Shown: piece by piece, positions 55,078 through 64,000 of the stretch | Numbering within the stretch: the first letter of the stretch is position 1 | Layout: each line of letters begins with the position of its first letter | NCBI GenBank assembly: GCA_051362555.1 | Contig: CM120643.1 | Coordinates: 24,990,848-25,054,847 of the forward strand | Source of the DNA: Lingula anatina | Lineage: Eukaryota; Animalia; Brachiopoda | Length of the DNA: 64,000 nucleotides | Reading direction: 5' to 3' | Notes under the pieces: model-generated | Database searches by the model: none | The model's input: the letters and a program-made list of their open reading frames with translations, nothing else | Told to the model about the DNA's origin: nothing | Program-made: the position numbers and the translations under genes

Positions 55078-55223
55078 GCTGATGGTCAGTGGGTCAGCAG
55101 CTCTGCCCCAGCCAGTCATGGACAGGTGGACAGAGATCACTGGACATGTTCTACTGGAGAGGTACGGGATGACAGAGACAGGCATGGCATTGACCAATCC
55201 ACTGCATGGGGAGAAGAAGCCGG
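55078..55223 (+). CDS. ACSF3: ACSF3 coding exon 4
   Basis: [11 protein letters not shown]...[23 protein letters not shown], containing the ERYGMTE malonyl-CoA synthetase motif. Confidence 0.95.
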
Positions 55224-55660
55224 GTATGTTTACACACCCATTGGTGGTGGTTGGGGGGGGGGGGGGGGGTCAGGGGGTGAGAAATAATGTCTCTTTTGGA
55301 CAGAAGGTCTGCTCTGAGTCAAAGTTTGATGTAGGTTCTGTGCTATTTCTCAAGGCAGGTCGGTTAAGGGTAAAAAGGTCAATTTTTTCAGAAAAAGAAA
55401 TTAGTATTTTGGAATTGTTGGCTACAAGCCTGGTTTATGTACTAGATAATTTATCAGTCATTCAGTTAAGTAAGTCCATTACTCTGCACTCTAATCAGAA
55501 TTTCTGATTACTTTATTCACCCAAAAAAAGGTCATGTACTGTTTTATTTAGAGTTATTCCTTGATATTATACAACATACCCATTATCCCACAGATATTGT
55601 TGATATTATTTATGCATCTTCTTTTGCTGTTTGATGTCATTTCCATTCATACACACACAG

Positions 55661-55780
55661 GAGCCGTTGGCACCCCATTCCCCAGTGTGAAGGCCAGACT
55701 AGTCAAATCGAATGAGGATGAGCCATCAGGGTACGATGTCTTGGTGGAAGGGGTTAAGGTGCTACCTGCTGGGAAACGTG
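55661..55780 (+). CDS. ACSF3: ACSF3 coding exon 5
   Basis: GAVGTPFPSVKARLV...; cag/gtatgt; phases 1/1. Confidence 0.88.
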
Positions 55781-56063
55781 GTATGTATGGATGGTGAGAC
55801 TTTTGAAATGTGTAATTTTATAGGTTAAAATTTTTTTTGTGACATGTGGAATAGGTATGCAACCAATATGTACAGCAACAGTAGTAAGCAAGAATAGCTG
55901 GTATATTAAATCTTTTATCATTTAATTTGGCATGTTTTGTTTGTGTTGTTGTTCAGAAAGAAAATGTATATTAATTCTAGTGAAGTCTCACTTCGGCTGA
56001 AAATTTTAACATTGTATTACATTTCATCTCTGAGAATTAAGTATTCTAAAGTGGGCTCAGTTT

Positions 56064-56264
56064 GACCCCATTCCCATAGATTTTAGATTGATCTATCCCT
56101 GTGGGGAGTCTCACTAGATTACTGTCAGCTTAGCCGGCTTAAGCGTCTGTCCCGCCTACTAAAAGCTGTAAGGGGGCAATTAACTATGGTGCACACTCGG
56201 CTGACTGCAATTTAGCGTGAACCCACAGGGAGTTAGGTCAATCTAAATCTCTGGGAATGCACCC
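56064..56264 (-). mobile_element. PIF/Harbinger (Tourist-like) MITE, copy 2 (inverted relative to 40253-40477)
   Basis: Reverse complement aligns over ~200 bp with copy 1; TTT on both flanks. Confidence 0.8.
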
Positions 56265-56315
56265 TTTGAAGAAGTGTGAAACTGATATGTTATCATTTTT
56301 ATCATGTTTATGTAG

Positions 56316-56456
56316 AAGTGTCAAATGTGGGTGTTGATGGAAAGGAAGACCTTCAGGGAGAACTCCAAATCAAGGGAGCGAGTCTGTTCAAAGAATATTG
56401 GAATAAGCCAAAGGAAACTGCCAAAGAGTTTACCCAAGACGGCTGGTTTAAAACAG
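56316..56456 (+). CDS. ACSF3: ACSF3 coding exon 6
   Basis: [34 protein letters not shown]; tandem tag/aag acceptor. Confidence 0.92.
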
Positions 56457-56963
56457 GTGCTTCATAAAGTATACATTTAAATGTCATTTACCTGGCTACT
56501 AAAAGTAAAGTTTACAGATTTCATTGACTGTATTATTTATTAAGGTAATCAATGTCTGCAATCAGCAGCCATCTAATATTTGGTGAACAATAATTTTAAG
56601 ATTACTAGACTAAGTGATTGAAGAAATGGTGCATAATTTAAAATTAAAAGTATGTAAGAGGTAAACAGGTTTTGATTTTTTTTTACCAAGCACAAAAATA
56701 TTTGTTGGCAGACTGGGACCTAATTATGCATAATTTTGAGAATGGCTCGTCTATTGTTATCTTTTTTTCCCTTTGTTTTTTATTTATGTGAACTTTATCT
56801 ATAGTTTTCTACAAATTGTCAAAGTACCCATGCTCTAAGCACAGTTTATATCATGTGGTTTATTGAAGTGAGGAAACCTGCCCACTTTTACTCTATATTA
56901 CTATATTTGCATGAGCCTACCCTGTTATTATACTAATTTGTATTCATGCCTTGTTCCCTGCAG

Positions 56964-57340
56964 GAGACACTGCATGTTTTAGAGATGGTGTTTACAAAAT
57001 CATGGGAAGAACTTCGGTAGATATCATCAAGAGTGGTGGCTATAAGATCAGTGCTCTTGATGTAGAGCGCCATCTATTGAAACATCCACTCATCACAGAC
57101 GTTGCTGTTCTTGGCCTGCCAGACATCACATGGGGAGAGAAAGTAGCAGCAGTCATTGTTGTCAAGGAAAAATGTGATTTGGATCTCCAGGCTCTGAAGA
57201 GCTGGGCCCGCGAGGAAATGCCGCCATATCAGATTCCAACTGTTGTGGAGTTTATGGACAAAATGCCAAGGAATGCAATGGGAAAAGTGAACAAGAAGGA
57301 CTTGATGAAGGAGGTTTTTATAGACAGACAAAGTGATTAA
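56964..57340 (+). CDS. ACSF3: ACSF3 last coding exon
   Basis: GDTA...GRTSVDIIKSGGYKISALDVE...PRNAMGKVNKK; stop TAA at 57338-57340. Confidence 0.95.
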
Positions 57341-58598
57341 AGTGCAGTTCACAAACCTTCGGAATATATTCTTTTTAAAATTATGCCTTTTAAGTGAAGT
57401 TTGGTTTCTCACAAAATAATTGGCATTTTCATATTGTGAGTTTGAATTCCCATGGGTATTAAGCCCTGTGTTAGTTACATATTTTAATGTCCACTATAGC
57501 AGTATAAGGAACTTTAAAATTAGTGCGGATTATGCTATTAAGCATTACACAATATTGCACCAAAATATTTTGTGCACTTTCATCGTAAACCATATAAATT
57601 GAAGACTAATGACCTGCAAACATACAAATCTAAAAGTAAACAGAGGTGCAAACTTGCTAATCAGTTCCCTTGTGCTTTCAGTAGACTGTTTAGTAATAAA
57701 TAGTTCAGTGATGCAGTTGGTGCAGAAAAGATCACAAGTTGCAATTTTGAAAACAAATTAAAATGAAATTAATTCTGAGGTCAATTTTATTTATTGGTTG
57801 ACATTTTTGTACTTTTTTTTTCACAGTTTTCTAAATGCTAAGATATTTTTAAGAAGAATTGCATGTCAGCCTTTTCAACTTTTTCAGCATCTTAATTTAT
57901 CCTGAAAAAAAAAAAAAAAAAAACTGGAGCCGTTTTCCATCCTTAGTTACATCTATTTTGTGCCGAATTCATTGATCTAATTACATAGTCATACATATGA
58001 AACAGCTCTATGACTTAAACATTTTATGGTAATGTAATGGTTAATACTTTTACCTTGTCGATTTTTTTAAAGATGAGAAGAAATTCTCTCAATTACCACT
58101 GCTTTGTTATTTTAAAGTGATTTCAGCAATTCAAATACAAGATTTTATGCCTTGGCAAACATATTGTACATGTAAGCTTATGCCATTTACTCCATTGAGT
58201 TTAGTACTGGGCTAACAGCTGGGCTAAAAAATTAAAATTACTGTCTAAAACTGCCAAGTAAAACTTTGATGTTTAATCTCTGCAAGATGGTTTGAAACAA
58301 CAGACAAATGTTTCTATTACCAATGCAGCACAAATTAGCAGAAATAAAAACATTGGTGAATTTCCGCCATTTGTATAAAGTCCATGACTGTAAAATCAGC
58401 CAGACTTCAATTAGAAACCCTATACTTTGGTTCTAAATCTGACAATTTCAAATGCCGAGTAACTTATGCCATGCATGTTGAATGAAACCATTTCCTTAAA
58501 TTGAGACACACAAAAAAAAAAAAAATACACTAATTTTGTGCAGCTTTTGAACTTTAATGCCCTTGATTTCACTGTTGTTGTTGTTGTTGTTGTTGTTG

Positions 58599-58718
58599 TC
58601 ATGAAGTTGCTAAGAAGTAAGTCCTCATAGGAACATCTTTTCCTTTAATCTTAATTTCTCCTCTGTATTCACACCTGTACCCAGATGCCATAAGAACCTC
58701 TGCCGTGTGCTCTGGCAC
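58599..58718 (-). CDS. ADCY2: Adenylate cyclase (ADCY2-like) last coding exon
   Basis: VPEHTAEVLMASGYRCEYRGEIKIKGKDVPMRTYFLATS*; acceptor tttag; stop TGA at 58601-58599. Family is secure; subtype is tentative. Confidence 0.85.
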   Translation of the reverse strand: MPEHTAEVLMASGYRCEYRGEIKIKGKDVPMRTYFLATS

Positions 58719-59012
58719 CTAAATGATGAATGAACAAAATTAAAGTCTCCTATCTACTAAGCAAACCTGTTCTGGTCGGAAAGAACCACTCTATGCATCT
58801 CTCTATATGGTGAACAGTTAAGTCATTGTTTCTACATATTACTTTAATGCTTGTCCACTTACTTTGTTGTAGGCAACTTAAATGAAAATGATGAATATAA
58901 AAATTGATAAAGGTAACCAGCTATCTCTGACCATTGTGTTTAAAGAGACTATATTTGTAATTATACTATTTGATCACTGAATGACTTCAACGATGAATAT
59001 GAAATGTCCTAC

Positions 59013-59137
59013 ATGTATTTTGCCCATCTCTCCAAAACTGTCCATTCTGCTGGCCACGTTCACTGTGTCTCCCCATATATCATATTGTGGCTTCTGAGCT
59101 CCTATAACCCCTGCTATTGCTGGGCCATGGTTTATAC
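59013..59137 (-). CDS. ADCY2: Adenylate cyclase C2 catalytic exon
   Basis: [34 protein letters not shown], the class III cyclase C2 signature. Confidence 0.93.
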
Positions 59138-59502
59138 CTGAATATAAATTATTATGTCAGGAGTAATATGATGTTAAGTCAGCAAATGCACGATTGAACA
59201 ACTAACACAATGAGAGCACAATAACACAATGACTGTACACTCAACACAGTGTAAGCCTATTTTGTAAAACATCATTCAACAAACGACTTTACCATCTTGG
59301 CCCCATCAGTGTCAATTGTTATAGTTCAATTCTGCTATACATTTAGTATAGTAAGTGGAGTATTTATCGAATGTTCAAGATAATAATAATAATCAAATAT
59401 TTTATCTATTTGTGTCTTCATTTTTTTCATTGTCACTACAGAAATGAAATATCATCTTTTCAAGGAAAAAAGAAAATGACACAGTGCCACTTTTTTTGTT
59501 AC

Positions 59503-59617
59503 CTATTCTGAGCTGAAAAGAATTGAAAGAGTCCCTGTTGATTCCATCCAAAGATACCATCATATTCATAGCAAAGTCCACCATAGCTGTCACACTGTGC
59601 TTGAACTTTGTCTGATC
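59503..59617 (-). CDS. ADCY2: Adenylate cyclase exon
   Basis: DQTKFKHSVTAMVDFAMNMMVSLDGINRDSFNSFQLRI; cag/gtaac. Confidence 0.9.
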
Positions 59618-60074
59618 CTGAAATAGATATGGGTCACGATGACATAATTATGTCTGTGATATTTATGCTATGGTTGCATTTGAAATGTTTCTAGAAAAAA
59701 AATTATCACAAAGTTTTGTGCTTTAATTTCTGCTTAGTTCCTTGTTAAATCTTATTGTACTGGGCTTTTGTATGCTTAAGGATATAAACAAATAGTAAAA
59801 TAATGAAATGGGTAAGTGTTTTGCAAAGGACTTTTCATATCTTTTGATCATTAAACTTATTCCTATTTTTCTAACACTGCCCAGCCTTTGCATCATAACT
59901 TCTATAATTACAATAATATCAACCTTGATATTTTAAAATGTCACACTAGCTTAAACTGTTAAAATGTTCTGTCAATCCAGACCAGATTCATTTGTGACAT
60001 GTAAAACATCCATTTTCTTTCATCTCTAGGTATCACCAAAAGAAATAACATACACAACCCTGTCCTCTTCTTAC

Positions 60075-60236
60075 CACAACAGAGGGAATCTTTTTGAGCA
60101 CTTGTGTTGTTCCCCCATCCAGTTCTCCATTGATCTTGTTTTCATCTTTGCCTGGTTGGAGTCCACAAGCCGCCATGTAGGTGGAACCAATGGTTTTAAT
60201 CTTCTCCACATAGCTGAATTTGGGTTTGGATAAAAG
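60075..60236 (-). CDS. ADCY2: Adenylate cyclase exon
   Basis: LLSKPKFSYVEKIKTIGSTYMAACGL...; tag/gtaaga; phases 0/0. Confidence 0.9.
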
Positions 60237-60302
60237 CTAACCAAAAATATTAAAAAGAATGGGTAGAATATGACCAATCTCCTTGTGTTTCCCGAGCAAT
60301 CC

Positions 60303-61980
60303 AAAACAAGGCAGCAAAGCTGTCAAATGTACAGACAAAGAACAGAAAATAAAGATGCAAATAAGTGAAAAATTAAATTTTCACAAAAAACTGTTAAATT
60401 GCCAGAAAATTTTACCAAACAGACTGCGTTGCCTATGGAAGCTGTATGTTAGACCCATGTTTCTTTCCTGTAAGTTTGAGAACAGTAAGTGACATGATTT
60501 CCCATAGGAGCAGTGCCCAAAATAGGGGTTTCTTCAAATTTTGATGCAACATTACATAATGTTTAACAGCATAATGACAATCAAATGTTATTAATAAAAT
60601 ATTAGTAACATGGACATTCAGAAAATGTGACAAGCAAAAGTCTTCAAGATCATGGAACTTTAAAGTCACACCTTGAAAATGCCAATATGTGAAAAATTAA
60701 ATTTTCACAAAAAACTGTTTAACTGCAAAAAAAAAAAAAAAAAACAGACTGCATTGCCTACTGAAGCTGTATTTTAGTCCCATGTTTCTATCCTGTAAGT
60801 TTGAAAACAGTAAGTGACATGATTTTCCTTAAATGGTCATCATGGAAGCAGTGCCCAAAATGGGGGTTTCTTCAAATTTTGATGCAATATTACATAATGT
60901 TTAACAGCTTAATGACCATCAATTTTTAATTATAAAATATTTGTATCACAGATATTCAGAAAATGTGACTAGCAAAGGTCTTCAGGCCCATGGAACTTCA
61001 AAGTCACGCCTTGATAATGCCAAAATGTAAACAAGACAGCACTGTTCTGAAATTGGTTTATTTCCATTTTTAACACTTTTTTAACATAAAACAAAATAAA
61101 CATTTTACTGCCATTTTTATATGACCAACTAAGAAAATTGATGAGATGGGAAAAGTATCAATAGAACAGTGTTAAATGTCCAATTTCCTCCATTCTGAGA
61201 TTCTGAACATAGTGGATGATTGAATCTGACAAACTGCAATGATATGAGTTTATTTCCATTTTTGACACTTTATTACACAATACATGATAACAATTTTACC
61301 ATGTTTTTTACATAATCAACTAACAATGTTGTAAAGATGCAGGAAATATCAAACAAACACTTTTAGGCATCTTATTAGTTAAATAATGAGACTGTTAACA
61401 TGCCTAATAATTGAATCTGAGGAAATGTGAAAAAACAGTATAACTTCTTAAGTTATGGCCCGATTATGCTTATTTTCGAACTCAACCTGCGTTTTAGTAA
61501 GATTGACCACTCCTGTGAGTATAATTACAATTGGCCAATCCGTTTTTCTTATATTGTGTTATCAGTGTTGCATTTATATTGAAAATAGTGAAAAAACAGC
61601 ATAAATTACCTAAAAGTGACCCGATCATGCTGATTTTCGAACTTGACCTGCGTATTATGAATATTCATCAGTTTTGTAAGTTTCAAGTCAAAAGGTAAAA
61701 TGGTTTTCCACTTATCGTGTTATCGGTGCTGCATACATGCTGAAAAAAGTGAAAAAACAGCATAAATTCCCTAAAAGTAACCCGATCATGCTGATTTTCG
61801 AACTTGACCTGCGTATTATGAATATTCATCAGTTCTGCAAGTTTCAAGTCAAAAGGTAAAATGGTTTTCCACTTATCGTGTTATCGGTAAAAGTGCACGG
61901 CGACGGCGACGACGGCGAAGACGACGACAGACGCAGATGATGGCTATATGTACAGACACATCTGTGTCTGTACATAAAAA
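60303..61980 (-). mobile_element. HINE/Helentron-like element carrying internal tandem arrays
   Basis: Terminal palindrome tatgtacagacac-atct-gtgtctgtacata (61947-61976), (GAC)n microsatellite, 3x161-bp units (61427, 61588, 61749), 2x~190-bp and 2x~330-bp units, matching subTIR atgtacagaca (60327-60337) and end hairpin ggcagc-aaa-gctgtc. Confidence 0.8.
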
Positions 61981-62317
61981 TCTTTATGCCCTATTGGATT
62001 TATAGTTTTTAATTATGATACATTACGGTATTACAATAAACGCTGGTCAACAAGGTGAATGGTGAGGGCATTTAGTTAAAATGAAAAAACATTTTGTGTG
62101 TGTGTGTGTGTGCGTGTGTCTACGTGTGTCTACTGGTAGTACTTCATGAAGACATACAGTATTTAAATATAATTCCAATTTGCTAACTTTTTACAACTTA
62201 AACCTAGCTGCTACAGAGTCACCAAGCAAAGTTGAAGTTAAACAGATACAGGGTTTGCCTTCCAGGGGGATAGGTCTGTACGTAAAAATCAAACAACGAG
62301 AGCATAATTCTACAAAC

Positions 62318-62464
62318 CATGTCAAAGTCTGCTATGATCTCATTTAGGAGTCTCAGGCACTCCAGTCCATTCTTGTTCACATCATTCTGGTGGTAAAATT
62401 CCTTGAAATTTGGAATGGAAGCAAACATCACACACACTGAGCTGTAGGACTCATGGTACAGGCT
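62318..62464 (-). CDS. ADCY2: Adenylate cyclase exon
   Basis: [49 protein letters not shown]; cag/gtttgt. Confidence 0.93.
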
Positions 62465-62871
62465 CTGGAACAGCAATCAACAGAACTCTAAACTGGTAAT
62501 ATCCTTTGCCCACACGCACAAAATAATTGTTCAACAAAGTAGAAAATATATGCTAAGTATGAATTACACATACTGGAATATGTCTTCATGTTTTTCAGTC
62601 TTTCCTATTGGTAAATACAAACCATATTTTGTATCTTTCAAATAATCTAGGAGAAGCAGTCATACATTGATATAATGGGCAGACATTTGAAACCTGGAAC
62701 ATAGTCCATTCAATAAATCAATTTGTTTTTATGTAGGAGTAAAATTAGCAAATGACACTATCTAGCTGTCTTGTATATACTGACACTATCTTGTATATAC
62801 TGGCCTCAATGAACTTTTATAATATCATTATTTAATCCTTTCTAAATGAATCCTGTCAGACCGAGCCTCAC

Positions 62872-63030
62872 CAATGTTCTTTTGTCCGAGTTCAGAAAGT
62901 GAGTGGCCACGTGTGCTGGCAGAATGTTCTCCAGCAGGACTTTGGTCAGAGAGCCCATGGTCTCCACTTCCTCATGTTCAACCTTAAACTTGGTCTTCCA
63001 CAGGAAATCTAACCTTGATGTGTGCTCCAT
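62872..63030 (-). CDS. ADCY2: Adenylate cyclase exon (start of C2a region)
   Basis: MEHTSRLDFLWKTKFKVEHEEVETMGSLTKVLLENILPAHVATHFL; tag/gtgagg. Confidence 0.93.
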
Positions 63031-63200
63031 CTATGGGTAAGAAATGAAATTAAAAATGATATATGTCCCAAGTAGGACCTTAGAATATATCTAAAGATGA
63101 AACCTAAAGGTGATCATAAACTGAGTTTATAAATAATAAATAAAATTTAAATAAAAGATTTAGAAATATAGAGCACTAACTATGAGATACATGTAGACTG

Positions 63201-63738
63201 TAGACTTACCTGTCTGTCTGAGATATGTAGAGTGATGCAGAGAACTATAAGATAGACAGTAGACTTACCTGTCTGTCTGATATATGTAGAGTGATGCAGA
63301 GAACTATAAGATAGATAGTAGACTTACCTGTCTGTCTGATATATGTAGAGTGATGCAGAGAACTATAAGACAGATAGTAGACTTACCTGTCTGTCTGATA
63401 TATGTAGAGTGATGCAGAGAACTATAAGATAGATAGTATACTTACCTGTCTGTCTGATATATGTAGAGTAATGCAGAGAACTATAAGATAGATAGTATAC
63501 TTACCTGTCTGTCTGATATATGTAGAGTGATGCAGAGAACTATAAGACAGATAGTAGACTTACCTGTCTGTCTGATATATGTAGAGTGATGCAGAGAACT
63601 ATAAGGTAGATAGTAGACTTACCTGTCTGTCTGATATATGCAGAGTGATGCAGAGAACTATAAGATAGATAGTAGACTTACCTGTCTGTCTGATATATGT
63701 AGAGTAATGCAGAGAACTATAAGATAGATAGTAGACTT
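63201..63738. repeat. 59-bp minisatellite, 9 full copies plus a partial, spanning an exon-intron junction
   Basis: Unit tagacttacctgtctgtctgatatatgtagagtgatgcagagaactataagatagatag at 63201, 63260, 63319, 63378, 63437, 63496, 63555, 63614 and 63673. Confidence 0.97.
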
Positions 63739-63760
63739 CACTCTGGTGCTGATGTGTGGT
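63682..63760 (-). CDS. ADCY2: Adenylate cyclase exon encoding the last transmembrane helix
   Basis: Acceptor cacttccag ending at 63761; PHISTRVKSTIYLIVLCITLHISDRQ then gtaagt; joins MEHTSRLDFLWK in frame, as expected for the TM12-RQxE junction of membrane cyclases. Confidence 0.85.
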
Positions 63761-63924
63761 CTGGAAGTGACAGATAAACAAATGCATGGTTACTAAATTA
63801 AAATCCAATTAGCTTGTTTCTTATACACTTAAATCTGTAAAATCATAAATGTTAAACTTAAATTATGGTTCTACATATTGTATATTTTTTAAACTTCAGT
63901 GCTTCAAACGTAAATGCAGAGAGT

Positions 63925-64000
63925 GACAAGTAGACAGATGGACAGTAAACTGACGGACAGAATGACAATAAAATGAAGTAGACAGATAGACAGATGGACA
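63925..64000. repeat. Degenerate (GACA/GATG)n microsatellite
   Basis: gacagatggacag...gacagatagacagatggaca; may belong to another HINE-type element running off the window. Confidence 0.5.

Noticed and set aside
63201-63738. CRISPR-like appearance of the regular repeat array
   Set aside because: Units are contiguous and near-identical with no unique spacers; eukaryotic context and no cas genes.

Overview
AT-rich, intron-containing animal genomic DNA, most likely a marine invertebrate (lophotrochozoan/mollusc-like; this is inference from repeat types and CpG pattern). Four protein-coding genes can be reconstructed from splice sites and reading frames. (1) CHMP4/Snf7 (ESCRT-III), + strand, 5'-truncated, <1-4274. 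(2) A two-exon Snail-family gene with SNAG domain and 5 zinc fingers, - strand, 31311-25975, 445 aa, inside a ~43 kb gene-free, CpG-retaining domain. (3) ACSF3 (malonyl-CoA synthetase), + strand, 51372-57340, 7 coding exons, 637 aa. (4) The 3' part of a transmembrane adenylate cyclase (ADCY2-like), - strand, >63760-58599. Several MITEs and Helentron-like (HINE) elements are present. The most notable observations are: a pair of 115-nt mutually exclusive exons in CHMP4 separated by an intron that folds into consecutive long stems, suggesting a structure-based steric-exclusion switch; a 9x59-bp minisatellite in the adenylate cyclase gene made of an exon end plus a perfect splice donor; a nascent duplicated exon in CHMP4; and a MITE pair whose CpG decay records a mosaic methylation boundary. 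All counts and pairings were made by eye; no searches or folding programs were run.
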